From NCBI GenBank assembly GCA_963726455.1, contig CAVSCK010000004.1, positions 1,824,001 to 1,888,000 on the forward strand: a stretch of DNA of 64,000 bases, given 5' to 3'. Positions 48,362 to 58,622 of the stretch are shown here, piece by piece (positions within the stretch are counted from its first letter, which is position 1; each line of letters begins with the position of its first letter). A program made the translations under genes and the position numbers. The stretch comes from an uncultured bacterium. GTDB lineage: Bacteria > Zixibacteria > MSB-5A5 > CAIYYT01. A model generated the notes under the pieces. It ran no database searches. It saw nothing but the letters and a program-made list of their open reading frames with translations, and was not told the origin of the DNA.

Positions 48362-50389
48362 TCACTTCAACCACTTCGCCAACCACGCCAACTCGGTCTC
48401 ATACACCACCCGCAGATTCTCCAGTTTCCCCACACTGTGGCTCTCGTCCGGGAAATAAAGCAACTGCGATGGCACTCCCATCCGCTGCAACGACGTGAAC
48501 ATCGACAGACCTTCGCTTACGTCGACACGATAGTCTCGCTGGCCATGAATCACCAGCGTCGGCGTCGCGAAGTTCTTGACATAGTACACCGGCGACGACC
48601 TCACATATTCATCCCAGTTACTCCACGGTGTCCCTTTGTATTCCCATTCCGGAAACCACAATTCCTCGGTCGCGGTGTATTCGGCGACATGATTGAACGT
48701 CCCATCGATCGTGACCAGACACTTGAACCGATTCGTGTGCCCGCAGATCCAATTCGTCATGAATCCGCCATAAGACCTGCCCAGCGCCGCCATTCGCGTC
48801 GAGTCGATGTATGAATGTTGTTTCAGCAGATAATCCACGCCCGTCATTAGGTCATCATAGTCCCCCTTGCCCCAGTTGCCCGAGACATAGTCCTGAAACT
48901 TCACACCATACCCGGCGCTCCCGTGCGGATTGATCTGCGCCACTACATACCCTTGCGCCGCCATTAGCTGCGTGTTCCAGCCATAGTAGTTGAAATCACT
49001 GATCCAGCAGAACTGCGGCCCACCGTGTATCAGCAAAGCCAATGGGTACTTCTTCGCAGGGTCGAATTCCGGCGGTTTGGTCAGGAATCCATGTACGGAA
49101 TCGCCCAGCGCTCCGACAAACCAGAATTCCTCGGCGCGATTCATCGCAATACCGGCAACCACCTTTTCCGTGAAGTGTGCCAACTGCGTCAGCTTACGCG
49201 TACCGAGATCATAGCGGTACAATTCGTACGGCTTATCCGACAGAGACCGCGATACTACCAGGTACTTTCCATCGGGCGAAATGCGCACATCACCATAAAC
49301 CGCGTCGCCGAGCAGCATTTCGATTTTCCCGCCGGGGATCGAAATTCGATACACTTTCTCGAAGCCCTTATCTTCCGTGGTAAAATAGACAAACCGCGAT
49401 TTCGGATCCCATGAACACCCCGATACCGAACGGTCAAACGCCGACGTTAAGTTAGTGTGCGTCTTCTTCACGCGATCATAGATCATTAGATCGCGCTGAT
49501 CGCTTTCGTAAACCGCGCGCGCAGTAGCGGCATACGCCAGGTATCTTCCATTCGGCGAATAGCGTGGCGAACCTTCCAGCCCCGGGCCATTTGTGAAATG
49601 CGTCGGCTCTTTTGCCTGAGGCACGATCGTATACAAGTCATTATTAACGCGCACCGCCTGCATCGAGTCGGTGCACATCGCAAAACAGAATTCCTTGCCA
49701 TCCGGTGAGAATCCGACGTCGCGATTTCCACCCAGTAGCGCCGTCGGAGCATCAAAAGAGCCCGAATACAGCTCACGGCTGGTCGAGTCGCCGATCCCAC
49801 AGATGAAAAGCCGATTGACCTTGCCGTCATCCCAGCGATTGTAATGCCTGAACAATAGATGGTCATACAACTTCGGCTTGCCCGCATTAGCTTTTGTCTC
49901 GGCCATCCGCGCCTTGTTGCAGCTATCGCTGTGGCATTCAGGATACACGCGCGTGGACACCAGCAATTCCTTGCCCGTCGGCAAACACTCATAAGTAGAC
50001 ACCGATGTCGGCACCGCTGTCACACGTCGTGAATCACCGCCGGCCGCCGGTATCAGCCATACCTGATTGCCATCTTCTTTTCCCGACGTATACAAGATCG
50101 CCTTGCCGTCCGGCATCCAGCGTGGCTGCGACTCTCCGCCATCTCCAGAGGTCAACTGCCGCAACTCCGAGCCGTCGCTGTTTATGATCCAAAGATGGTT
50201 CTCCTCGCTATTCTTCACGGGATCGCTGGTGCTCAGCACGAACACGATTCGTTTCCCATCCGGCGAAATCTGCGGATCGCCGTACCCCGGCACACTGTAA
50301 AGATCATCGAACGTCATCCGGCGCGCCGTCGCCGAGGACAACAGGCACAGGCACGCCAGAATCGTTACCGTCATTCTCATCATGGTCAT
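48362..50389 (-). CDS. S9-family (prolyl oligopeptidase / acylaminoacyl) peptidase, exported
   Basis: Signal peptide, PD40 beta-propeller repeats (SPDGK), IHGGP, GRSYGG nucleophile, HGQRDYRV and DESH. Confidence 0.93.
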   Translation of the reverse strand: MTMMRMTVTILACLCLLSSATARRMTFDDLYSVPGYGDPQISPDGKRIVFVLSTSDPVKNSEENHLWIINSDGSELRQLTSGDGGESQPRWMPDGKAILYTSGKEDGNQVWLIPAAGGDSRRVTAVPTSVSTYECLPTGKELLVSTRVYPECHSDSCNKARMAETKANAGKPKLYDHLLFRHYNRWDDGKVNRLFICGIGDSTSRELYSGSFDAPTALLGGNRDVGFSPDGKEFCFAMCTDSMQAVRVNNDLYTIVPQAKEPTHFTNGPGLEGSPRYSPNGRYLAYAATARAVYESDQRDLMIYDRVKKTHTNLTSAFDRSVSGCSWDPKSRFVYFTTEDKGFEKVYRISIPGGKIEMLLGDAVYGDVRISPDGKYLVVSRSLSDKPYELYRYDLGTRKLTQLAHFTEKVVAGIAMNRAEEFWFVGALGDSVHGFLTKPPEFDPAKKYPLALLIHGGPQFCWISDFNYYGWNTQLMAAQGYVVAQINPHGSAGYGVKFQDYVSGNWGKGDYDDLMTGVDYLLKQHSYIDSTRMAALGRSYGGFMTNWICGHTNRFKCLVTIDGTFNHVAEYTATEELWFPEWEYKGTPWSNWDEYVRSSPVYYVKNFATPTLVIHGQRDYRVDVSEGLSMFTSLQRMGVPSQLLYFPDESHSVGKLENLRVVYETELAWLAKWLK

Positions 50390-50469
50390 AATTCCTTCAA
50401 TCTAGTGAATGCTCAAACAGGAGAGATAATAGGATATCGAGGTAGAAAGCAACAGATTCGTTTCACCCG

Positions 50470-51138
50470 CTACAACGGCTCCTCCGTGCGGAATCCGATT
50501 TCTTTGTGGGTACCGTCGCAGAAGGGTTTGTTGCCGGAATGGCCGCAGCGGCAGAGAGAGACATCAGCTACGCGCAACGATTTGCTCCCAGTGGCATCAA
50601 ACAGTTGCACTACGCCGCCACACTTGAGCGAACCGTTGATCTTTGGCAACACCGTGAGCTTCTGGCCGACGGCCGAGTCATTTTCGGCAATCTTGTCGGT
50701 GGTGCCGAGCTCGCCCCGGTCAGTAAAGCCGCTGGCTCGATGACTATTATCACAGAACGGCTTGTTTTGCGACGCGCCGCATCGACACAACGCTATTCGC
50801 GTGTCATTCAAAACCGTCTCGCCCTGATCGTTTACGATCTCGACATCTCCGAACATGTACAGCGGACCATTTGCCTGCACGACAGCGATATTCTCTTCCG
50901 GCACGGTTTCGGACGGTCCGCCGTCTTTTCGTTCAAAATGCAGCGCTCCAGTTGGGCAACGAAGGACGACGTCGGCTATCTTGTCCGCGGTGCTGGCATC
51001 CGGCTTCACCCAGGGACGTTCCGCCGTGTTGAATACTTCCGGCAAACCGCGTACGCATTCCGCAGCATGAATGCAGCGTTGCCGGTCATAGGTCACAACG
51101 ATGTTGTCAGCTTCATACTTGTGAATTTTCTCAGCCAC
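50470..51138 (-). CDS. Divergent 4Fe-4S (YjdI-like) domain plus two CDGSH iron-sulfur domains
   Basis: CIHAAECV..LP.VF, RPWV.PD and CPTGAL; LCRCG.S.NKPFCDNSH and LCRCG.S.NKPFCDGTH. Confidence 0.9.
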   Translation of the reverse strand: MAEKIHKYEADNIVVTYDRQRCIHAAECVRGLPEVFNTAERPWVKPDASTADKIADVVLRCPTGALHFERKDGGPSETVPEENIAVVQANGPLYMFGDVEIVNDQGETVLNDTRIALCRCGASQNKPFCDNSHRASGFTDRGELGTTDKIAENDSAVGQKLTVLPKINGSLKCGGVVQLFDATGSKSLRVADVSLCRCGHSGNKPFCDGTHKEIGFRTEEPL

Positions 51139-51281
51139 TTAAACTATTCCTCCTGCATGACGGACATTACTTGCGCCACTTCGCGAAGCAGCAATATTCA
51201 CCCTCCGCTCGCGAAAGACAATGTTCTGCTGCATGCACCAATATCCACCCTTGTACGCTCCGGTACGGGGTCTCAGGAAAC

Positions 51282-51314
51282 AAAAAAAGGCAGAAGTCTT
51301 TCAACTTCTGCCTT
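51282..51314 (-). terminator. Rho-independent terminator of RRM gene copy 1
   Basis: AAGGCAGAAGT-ctttca-ACTTCTGCCTT preceded by an A-run (U-tract on the minus strand). Confidence 0.8.
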
Positions 51315-51350
51315 GACTGTTATCAGTGTCGTATTACGACAACGATCAGT

Positions 51351-51677
51351 TTAGTAGCTGCGACGTCCGCCGCCGCCACCGTAACCACCGCGGTTACCAC
51401 CACCACCTCCGCCACCGGGACGGCTACCGCCGGCCGGGCGAGGGCGTGCTTCACTCACGTTGAGCGTACGACCGTGCAATTCCTTGCCCATCATACCGCT
51501 GATCGCTGCTTCGGCTTCCGTCTTGTTGTCCATCTCGACAAAACCGAAACCTTTTGACTCACTGGTGAACTTGTCGGTAATAACGGTGGCTTTGGAAACC
51601 GCGCCGAAGGCCTCAAAGGCCTGGCGAAGGTCTGCGTCCGCCGTTTCGCGTGATAGATTGCCGACGAAGATATTCAT
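51351..51677 (-). CDS. RRM RNA-binding protein with a Gly-rich tail (copy 1)
   Basis: RNP2 IFVGNL, RNP1 KGFGFVEM, LNVSEARPR and a Gly/Arg tail; AGGAG SD. Confidence 0.95.
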   Translation of the reverse strand: MNIFVGNLSRETADADLRQAFEAFGAVSKATVITDKFTSESKGFGFVEMDNKTEAEAAISGMMGKELHGRTLNVSEARPRPAGGSRPGGGGGGGNRGGYGGGGGRRSY

Positions 51678-52015
51678 CTTACTCTCCTGTGGATGTTCCC
51701 CCTCGCGACTGATCGTCTTTCGATACCTGCGAGAGAAATTGTCCTGTGCGCGGAATTGCGCTTATCCCCGGATTATAATTGTACAAGGATTGATTTTTCT
51801 TTACAAAGCTTGAGCAAGGTTAACGCGGGAGATCATGGTCACGGTGACTATACGTCATGGCCCCCCGGATTCCTACACTTATTTTCAATTATTTTTGACC
51901 AATAATCCCGTGTTTTTGCGGATCGCTAGGCCTGCCTGCCTATCTTCTTGTTTCACCAAAGTCTACCCCCTGTGGGCGTCCGCTCATTTCATCCCCAATT
52001 TTCGCCCTTACAGTT

Positions 52016-52070
52016 GTGCCGGGTCCTGCCTATCGTCCCGCCCCGCGGGACGATAGGTGTGACCTGGCAC
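52016..52070. repeat. 55-bp long palindrome (REP-like), copy 1
   Basis: GTGCCGGGTC-ct-GCCTATCGTCCCGC-cc/cc-GCGGGACGATAGGT-gt-GACCTGGCAC. Confidence 0.75.
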
Positions 52071-52147
52071 CAATTGCAAAAGTAAAGGCAGAAGTCTTTC
52101 GACCTCTGCCCTAACTGTTATCAGCGTCGTCTTATGACAACGATCAG

Positions 52148-52465
52148 TTAATAGCTGCGACCGCCGCCGCCGTAACCACCGTTGCTGCCACCGCTGCCGC
52201 CGCGATTGCCACCGCTGGATGCGGGGCGCGGGCGTGCTTCGCTGACATTGAGCGAGCGGCCGTGCAATTCCTTGCCGCCCATACCGCTGATCGCCGCCTC
52301 GGCTTCAGTCTTGTTGTCCATTTCGACAAAGCCGAATCCCTTCGACTCGCTGGTGAATTTGTCGGTAATGACGACGGCTTTGGAAACGCTGCCAAATCCC
52401 TCAAAGGCCTGGCGAAGGTCTGCGTCCGCCGTTTCACGTGATAGATTGCCGACGAAGATGTTCAT
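52148..52465 (-). CDS. RRM RNA-binding protein with a Gly-rich tail (copy 2)
   Basis: Same RNP motifs; 5 differences from copy 1 in the first 82 aa. Confidence 0.95.
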   Translation of the reverse strand: MNIFVGNLSRETADADLRQAFEGFGSVSKAVVITDKFTSESKGFGFVEMDNKTEAEAAISGMGGKELHGRSLNVSEARPRPASSGGNRGGSGGSNGGYGGGGRSY

Positions 52466-52780
52466 CTTACTCTCCTGTGGATGTGTTCCCCCGTTGCAGA
52501 TCGTTTTGCGATCCTGCGAAGGAAATAGTTTTAGTGCGCGTCAGAGCGCCTATCTCCGGATTAGGTATTGAACAAGGATTGAATTTACGTTACAAAGCTT
52601 GAGCAAAGTTAATGCGAGAGATCATGGTCAACCAAAGCATACGTGGTGACCGGCGGATATCCTACACATATTTTCAGTTATTTTCGACCAACAACTCCGT
52701 GTTGTTAGGTGCCGCTACCCGCACGCGTATTCTTATAATTCCCCGTAGTGTAGCCCCTCGCGGGCGTTACTCATACAGTT

Positions 52781-52835
52781 GTGCCGGGTCTTGCCTATCG
52801 TCCCGCCCTGCGGGACGAAAGGTGTGACCTGGCAC
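52781..52835. repeat. 55-bp long palindrome (REP-like), copy 2
   Basis: GTGCCGGGTCTTGCCTATCGTCCCGCCCTGCGGGACGAAAGGTGTGACCTGGCAC, 3 substitutions relative to copy 1. Confidence 0.75.
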
Positions 52836-52896
52836 GAATACCTACAGCTATCCGGTCTAACACCGCCCCAAGTAAGTGTCGGAATCTTACAGTGAT

Positions 52897-53229
52897 TTAA
52901 TCTTTGACGAGAAGTTTTTCAACTTTGGATTTGAGCAGCGGCATTTCATGAGCGACGACACCCCAAACAAGATCAATATTCACACCAAAGTACCCGTGAA
53001 TAAGTTGATCCCGCATACCGGCAATGCGCTTCCAGGGAATGTCACTGTTGGCTTCTTTCAGAGCAGGCGACAGCCCTTTGACGGCTTCTCCGATGATCTC
53101 AAGATTGCGAATGACTGCGTCTTGAGTCTTCGTATCGGCCGTAAAAGAGTCTTCCCCGGCTTCGGCATAACTCTCAATGCGAGCAATTGCGTCGCGAATG
53201 TGCTCCAAATAAGCCCGGTCATCATTCAT
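52897..53229 (-). CDS. HepT-like (DUF86) HEPN ribonuclease toxin
   Basis: QDAVIRNLEIIGEA and IPW..IAGMRDQLIHGYF (RX4H followed by Tyr). Confidence 0.93.
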   Translation of the reverse strand: MNDDRAYLEHIRDAIARIESYAEAGEDSFTADTKTQDAVIRNLEIIGEAVKGLSPALKEANSDIPWKRIAGMRDQLIHGYFGVNIDLVWGVVAHEMPLLKSKVEKLLVKD

Positions 53230-53516
53230 ATCGGCCGCGCCTCGGAGTAGATTCTGTCCTTCAGATATGGGCTTACTCCCCCTTCGGCGACAACATCAAC
53301 TTTGCACCCCAGCAGTTCCTCGACATCCTGTGCAAAGGCGATCAGATCGAGCAATGTGCGTCCTTTCTCTACATTCACCAGCAAATCGACATCGCTGGTG
53401 GCTGTCGTCTCCTGACGCGCCACCGACCCAAACACGCGCACATTCTGAACTCCACACCTTTCGGCGATCCGCAGTATCAATTCCCGTTTCGCTCTTAGAA
53501 GTTCGCCGGTTCCCAT
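53226..53516 (-). CDS. Minimal nucleotidyltransferase (MNT/MntA-like) antitoxin
   Basis: VFGSVAR......SDVDLLV and LLG.KVDVV; 4-bp overlap with the HEPN gene. Confidence 0.93.
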   Translation of the reverse strand: MGTGELLRAKRELILRIAERCGVQNVRVFGSVARQETTATSDVDLLVNVEKGRTLLDLIAFAQDVEELLGCKVDVVAEGGVSPYLKDRIYSEARPI

Positions 53517-53696
53517 ATTGTTCTTTCCTCAATCGCGCTCTAACTCAAGTCCTATCGTCCATTTAATTCTCTATCGGCTCAGAGTCAACAGAAAAGAATC
53601 CCCCGATTCCGAACGTGGGAATGCCCGGTCGTCGCCCGGCCCCCGTGGGCGCGGCTCTAACCGATTCCCTCAGTCTTCCCCCTTGTAGGCGTCTGC

Positions 53697-54263
53697 TCAC
53701 ATCGACCCCAATTTTCGTCCATCTTGAAGCAGTCGAATCGCCTCCGCAACACGCTTATTTCTGGTCTCCGGTCGTTTGGCGATCCCAATCCAGATGGCGT
53801 ACTGCTTGCGATAGCCGGGCGGCAACTTATCGAAATTCGCTCGCGCCTTCGCATTTCGTTTCAGCGCGGCCTCAAGTTCGTCGGGGATCCAATCTGGTTC
53901 CGGTGACCAATCTGGTTTGTCCCAGCAACCGTTCTTCTTGGCAGTCTCGACAATAGCCAGTCCCGCCTTCTTCATCCGACCGGCCTTGATCAGACGTTCC
54001 ACGCGGTTCTTATTGATCGCCGACCAGATACTGATCTCGTTTCGCGGTGTAAACTTGCGGACGTACTTTTCCTCATCGATTTTCTTGACTAGACTATCGA
54101 TCCAGCCGTAGCAAAGCGCTTCATCGAGGGCATCACTGTACGTCAAAGTTTGCTCACCGGCCCCCTTCTTGTAGAAGACCAGCCAGACTCCGTCCACGTG
54201 ACGATGATTCCGCTTGAGCCAGGTGCGCCAGTTATCGAGGCCACTGCAGTATAACCGCTCCAT
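53697..54263 (-). CDS. YdeI/OmpD-associated family protein
   Basis: WRTWL..NH, DEALCYGWIDS, FTPR...S.WSAINK and AKRPETR.KR. Confidence 0.9.
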   Translation of the reverse strand: MERLYCSGLDNWRTWLKRNHRHVDGVWLVFYKKGAGEQTLTYSDALDEALCYGWIDSLVKKIDEEKYVRKFTPRNEISIWSAINKNRVERLIKAGRMKKAGLAIVETAKKNGCWDKPDWSPEPDWIPDELEAALKRNAKARANFDKLPPGYRKQYAIWIGIAKRPETRNKRVAEAIRLLQDGRKLGSM

Positions 54264-54472
54264 TTCTCATCCTCTCGGAAGTTCAACAAGTGCAACACAG
54301 AGTAAGCAATCGATGCCGAATTTTCAATCACGAACTCTCATTCGGAATTGACACGCGCCGCTGTGCTGTGGGCAGGATCTAGAATTCGGATCATGGAGCG
54401 GCGGGCCGAAACAATTGTTTTGTTGAACCCATTCACAGCGTGTATAAGGAATAACAGCTAAGGAGAACTACT

Positions 54473-55654
54473 ATGGCCAAACGTATAGTGGCACTTATCT
54501 TCATTTTCGCCTGCGCGAGCGGCGCTTGGTTTGTTCTTGGGGGCGCAATGGCCTTCAGAACTGAGGCGCAGGACTCCACGTTATCTGACGACGTTTCCAA
54601 TCTCTGGGGAAAAGCCCAGAAACAGGAAGCACCAAGTGTGAGCTATGTCGGTCCCGAGACTAGCGAGGTTCCGGTGACATTCGATCAGAGCAAAATCGAG
54701 GTCAATCTTGACCTGGAACATCGGAAGAAGGGTTTGCTGTGGTATTCCACCTACAAAGTCGCGTTTGCCGGTGACTATCGTTTCTCCAATTCAACGCCGG
54801 CTGCTCGAGAGTTTGTCTTTCGATACACATTTCCGTATGCGGGCGGTGTATACGACAGCTTCAACATCACGATCGGGGGGCAGACTGTCCAGGATATATC
54901 GTTGGCCCAAGGGGTCGTGGAACGTAGCATCACTCTCGCGCCCGGAGAAAGTGCAACGGCCCATGTCGGCTATCGGTCACAGGGGCTGAACCAGTGGTGG
55001 TACGAATTCGGCAAGGAGATTTCTCAAATTCGCAATTTCGACCTCGCCGTAACCACCAATTTCGCCGGTATCAATTTCCCAGAAAACAGCATGTCACCTA
55101 CACAAAGGTCTGAGACCAATGGCGGTTGGAAACTGGCCTGGCACTATGACAATCTCTTGTCGGGAATTCAGATCGGCGTGGAAATGCCCAAGAGGCTCAA
55201 TCCTGGACCGTTCGTGTCTCGGGTGAGCTTCTTTGCTCCCGTTTCGCTGTTTTTGTTCTTCTTCCTTATGTTTGTCATAACCACAATTCGGGATATTCGC
55301 GTGCACCCAATGAACTACTTCTTCTTAGCAGCCGCATTCTTCAGCTTTCACTTGCTCTTGGCCTACTTGGTTGATCACGTCGACATACATGTCGCCATGC
55401 TGCTCTCCAGTCTGACTTCCATGTTTCTGGTTATTTCATACATGCGTCTCGTAGTAGGAACGAGATTCGCCCTGTTAGAGACGGGCCTCTCACTGCTGGT
55501 CTTTCTGGTACTCTTCTCCTATGCATTCTTCCTTGAAGGGTACACCGGACTCACAATCACTGTCTGTTGCATTGCGACTTTGGCGGTGGTGATGCTTTCC
55601 ACTGGCCGTTTGGATTGGGAGAAGAAATTCCTGGCATCAAAGCCCCACTCCTGA
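54473..55654 (+). CDS. CreD-like inner membrane protein
   Basis: N-terminal TM, a periplasmic domain and 6 C-terminal TMs; VHPMNYFFL, FHLLLAYL.DH and VMLSTGRLDW. AAGGAG SD. Confidence 0.75.
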   Translation: MAKRIVALIFIFACASGAWFVLGGAMAFRTEAQDSTLSDDVSNLWGKAQKQEAPSVSYVGPETSEVPVTFDQSKIEVNLDLEHRKKGLLWYSTYKVAFAGDYRFSNSTPAAREFVFRYTFPYAGGVYDSFNITIGGQTVQDISLAQGVVERSITLAPGESATAHVGYRSQGLNQWWYEFGKEISQIRNFDLAVTTNFAGINFPENSMSPTQRSETNGGWKLAWHYDNLLSGIQIGVEMPKRLNPGPFVSRVSFFAPVSLFLFFFLMFVITTIRDIRVHPMNYFFLAAAFFSFHLLLAYLVDHVDIHVAMLLSSLTSMFLVISYMRLVVGTRFALLETGLSLLVFLVLFSYAFFLEGYTGLTITVCCIATLAVVMLSTGRLDWEKKFLASKPHS

Positions 55655-55670
55655 TATGGAAATCAAAAAC

Positions 55671-55695
55671 GCGGTCGGGAAATATTCCCGACCGC
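55671..55695. terminator. Terminator hairpin between convergent genes
   Basis: GCGGTCGGGAA-ata-TTCCCGACCGC perfect 11-bp stem with an A-run on the left. Confidence 0.8.
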
Positions 55696-55731
55696 ACATT
55701 AATCTACATTTGCCCACAAGGGGCTAGACTA

Positions 55732-56880
55732 CTACTTCTTCTTCGCCACCTTCTTCACTGCCGGGCGCTTCGCCGCCACCCGCAGCTTGGCCTTGCCGGT
55801 ATGCGGCTTGCCATAGGTGGCAATGTACTGCTCGGTCGCCTCGCGCGCGGCATCATCGAAATACTGTACCGGCGGCGACTTCATGAAGTATGACGATGGC
55901 GCTTCCAAAGCCGAGGACAGATGATTGTCCAGTCCCAGCTTGCAGCAGCGCACGGCGTCGATAACGACACCCGCCGAATTCGGCGAATCCCAGACTTCCA
56001 GTTTCATTTCCAGATTCAAAGGCACATCACCGAACGTGCGGCCTTCCATGCGGATATAGGCCCACTTGCGATCCGACAGCCACTCGACATAATCCGACGG
56101 CCCGATATGGCAGTTGCCTTTGCCGAGGTCGTAGTCAAGTTGCGAGGTCACCGCGTTGGTCTTGGAAATCTTCTTCGATTCCAACCGGCTCCGTTCCAGC
56201 ATATTCAGGAAATCGGTATTGCCGCCGACGTTAAGCTGGCTGGTGCGCTCGAGACGCACGCCGCGTTCGCGGAACAGGCGCGTCAGTACGCGATGCGTGA
56301 TCGTGGCGCCCACCTGTGACTTGATATCGTCACCGATGACCGGCAGGCCTTTCTTCTGGAATCGATTGCGCCAGTATTGCTCCCGCGCAATAAACACCGG
56401 AATGCAATTCACCAGCGCGCAGCCGGCCTCCAGTATTTGCTCGACATACCACTTGGTGGCTTCTTCCGAGCCGACCGGCAGGTAGTTCACGACAACTTCA
56501 GTGCCCGTGTCCTTGAGATATTTCGCAACGTCAATCGCGTCACCCGGCGCCTTCTCGATAATCTGCGACAGGTAATATCCCAGTCCGTCATGCGTCATAC
56601 CGCGCTGGACTTTGACACCCGTGTTCGGCACGGAACTGAATTTGTAGGTATTATTCGGGCGTGTAAAGATCGCCTCGGCTATGTCTTTGCCGACTTTGTT
56701 CTTATCGATATCGATCGCCGCCGAAAACTCGATATCCGAAATGTGGTAGCCGCCCAAATTGACGTGCATCAAGCCGGGTACGAAATCGGTATCCTTGGCA
56801 TTCTTGTAATATTCCACTCCCTGAACAAACGATGAGGCGCAATTCCCCACGCCGATAATGCCGACACGAATTTTACCCAT
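55732..56880 (-). CDS. ino1: myo-Inositol-3(1)-phosphate synthase
   Basis: [43 protein letters not shown] and WDSPNSAG. Start at 56880 follows a GAGGAG SD. Confidence 0.96.
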   Translation of the reverse strand: MGKIRVGIIGVGNCASSFVQGVEYYKNAKDTDFVPGLMHVNLGGYHISDIEFSAAIDIDKNKVGKDIAEAIFTRPNNTYKFSSVPNTGVKVQRGMTHDGLGYYLSQIIEKAPGDAIDVAKYLKDTGTEVVVNYLPVGSEEATKWYVEQILEAGCALVNCIPVFIAREQYWRNRFQKKGLPVIGDDIKSQVGATITHRVLTRLFRERGVRLERTSQLNVGGNTDFLNMLERSRLESKKISKTNAVTSQLDYDLGKGNCHIGPSDYVEWLSDRKWAYIRMEGRTFGDVPLNLEMKLEVWDSPNSAGVVIDAVRCCKLGLDNHLSSALEAPSSYFMKSPPVQYFDDAAREATEQYIATYGKPHTGKAKLRVAAKRPAVKKVAKKK

Positions 56881-56894
56881 TCTTTTACTCCTCG

Positions 56895-57815
56895 TTAGAT
56901 ATTCGAATGCACCTTCGCCAGGTGCTGCTTTATCAACCCATCCTTGCGGCGTTCCGCTTCCGCCAACGTCAACGGAAAATCGGGGCCGCAGTTCTCGATC
57001 ATCACCGAGGACACGCACCCCGCGAAACAGCCGGCGTCAAAATAATCATATCCGTGTTCAAGTGCATATATAATTCCGGCGGCATAGGTATCCCCCGCGC
57101 CGGTCGAATCCTTGGCCACCGTCGCAAATGCCGGAATAACATAGAAATCCGACCCGTCGTAAATCACCGAACCGGATTCCGCCAGCGTAATGATCACCAG
57201 TTTCGCGCCCCAGGATTTGATAATTTTCGCGGGAGTTTCATAGTCAACGCGCGGATCGATGCCGGTCAGGACCTTGCACTCCATTTCGTTCGGCTTGAAC
57301 ACGTCCGACAGCGCCGCAATTTTCTCGATTTCCGCGGTCTTCTCATGCACGATCCTGCCCTTCTCAACTCTGCGCAGAAATCCCTGCGGATCGACGAAAA
57401 TCTTCGCTTTGGACCGCGCCTTCACCAATTCCACGTAACCGAAATCAAGCTCCTGCAATATCGGCCCGAACAGAATCCAATCGGAATCAGCGAATTTCTC
57501 CGGGAAAAACCCAATCGGCCCGGCATCGCCCAAAACATCAAGGGTACGATTGCCGTGGTCGTCATAATATATCAGCTTGAACCCGCCCGACTGTTCCGCC
57601 TCCTCAACCGCATACTTTATTCCGAACCGCTCCATCTCCGAGCGGAAACTCTTGTCATAATCCTTGCCCACTCTGCCAACCAACGCGGTTTCCATCCCGA
57701 GTTTGGACAGCGCCAAACAAGCATTGGTCGAACATCCCGACAGTACCCGCCCACCCGTCTTCAGAAAAGGCGTTTCGATCAGGTCAAAGACGGGATTACC
57801 GATGCCGGTAATCAT
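56895..57815 (-). CDS. PfkB/ribokinase-family carbohydrate kinase (candidate myo-inositol kinase)
   Basis: FVDPQG, KPNEME and DSTGAGDTY; lies between the CDP-alcohol transferase and ino1. Confidence 0.85.
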   Translation of the reverse strand: MITGIGNPVFDLIETPFLKTGGRVLSGCSTNACLALSKLGMETALVGRVGKDYDKSFRSEMERFGIKYAVEEAEQSGGFKLIYYDDHGNRTLDVLGDAGPIGFFPEKFADSDWILFGPILQELDFGYVELVKARSKAKIFVDPQGFLRRVEKGRIVHEKTAEIEKIAALSDVFKPNEMECKVLTGIDPRVDYETPAKIIKSWGAKLVIITLAESGSVIYDGSDFYVIPAFATVAKDSTGAGDTYAAGIIYALEHGYDYFDAGCFAGCVSSVMIENCGPDFPLTLAEAERRKDGLIKQHLAKVHSNI

Positions 57816-58432
57816 TCCTTGTCTCGTTCCTTTCTATCTTTGAGAATCCGGCGCGCATAAATCAGGCGCTGTAAGCTGGTGAGGTAAGACACGCCGCCGA
57901 CCAGAATCAGCGCGTAATTAAAGAGACTGTGCCCCGGGAAGAAATGTTCTGCCAGTGCGCCGGCAATCACGATGATGAATTTTTCCAGACGTCCGACCGC
58001 GCCGACCGCGACGTTTTCGATTTTGCCGATTGACTCCGCCGCTTCACGGGTGTAGCTGGCGATTATCATCCCGAACAGCGCGAACATCGCCCAACCGGGA
58101 TATACAAACCCCGACACGGCAATTCCCATCAGAATCACGGCCTCGGCGTAGCGATCCGACACATGATCGAGAATGCCGCCGAACGTGGTCCCCATATTGC
58201 CCGCCCGTGCCGTGGCGCCGTCCAGCATATCGGTGAAAATGGCGAGCGCCATCACAATGGCGCCCCAAACAAGTTGCCGCTGCCAGAAGAGCACGCCACC
58301 CACAATCGCGATCAGGAAAGAAATAAGCGTCAGTATATTCGGCGTCAGACCAAGGCGCAGGCAGAATCTTCCATACGGTATCGATACCGACTCATATGTG
58401 ATCCGCCGTCTCTGCTGAAGTTGCTGCGCCAT
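57812..58432 (-). CDS. CDP-alcohol phosphatidyltransferase (candidate phosphatidylinositol-phosphate synthase)
   Basis: TPN.LT and DMLDGATAR........G..LDH..DR signature; SY.R..AES and VG..GRLE. Probable start at 58432. Confidence 0.88.
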   Translation of the reverse strand: MAQQLQQRRRITYESVSIPYGRFCLRLGLTPNILTLISFLIAIVGGVLFWQRQLVWGAIVMALAIFTDMLDGATARAGNMGTTFGGILDHVSDRYAEAVILMGIAVSGFVYPGWAMFALFGMIIASYTREAAESIGKIENVAVGAVGRLEKFIIVIAGALAEHFFPGHSLFNYALILVGGVSYLTSLQRLIYARRILKDRKERDKE

Positions 58433-58622
58433 GAAAGTAATCCTGTGTCCTTTTGCGCTCTCTAAACAGGGTCCGTGTGCAATTTGCAGAACGCGTCGAC
58501 CCTGCGCCGATCTCCCCACCCTCCGCCAAGCTTAGCATTATACCCTGCATACGCAGGAGCGTCAAGCGAAATTGAACTCGTTCGGGAGTACGTGGATAGA
58601 GGGCCCGTAGTGCGCATTCCAG

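Larger units (their letters stand above)
51285..52835. repeat. Tandem duplication of an approximately 790-bp unit (terminator + RRM gene + leader + palindrome)
   Basis: About 51285-52070 aligns with about 52085-52835 by eye. Shared blocks include AAGGCAGAAGTCTTTC, GACAACGATCAGTT, TACAAAGCTTGAGCAA and the terminal palindrome. Confidence 0.88.

Noticed and set aside
50506-51354. 282-aa plus-strand ORF
   Set aside because: Antisense to the CDGSH gene and runs through a terminator.
53596-53695. GC-rich imperfect hairpins between the TA pair and the ydeI-like gene
   Set aside because: Pairing is weak and no second copy was seen; cannot be called a terminator or a repeat.
56881-57018. N-terminal extension of Ino1 in the ORF track
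   Set aside because: It overlaps the kinase gene; a strong SD precedes the ATG at 56880, where family similarity begins.
56907-57860. 317-aa plus-strand ORF
   Set aside because: Antisense shadow of the PfkB kinase gene, with no recognisable motifs.
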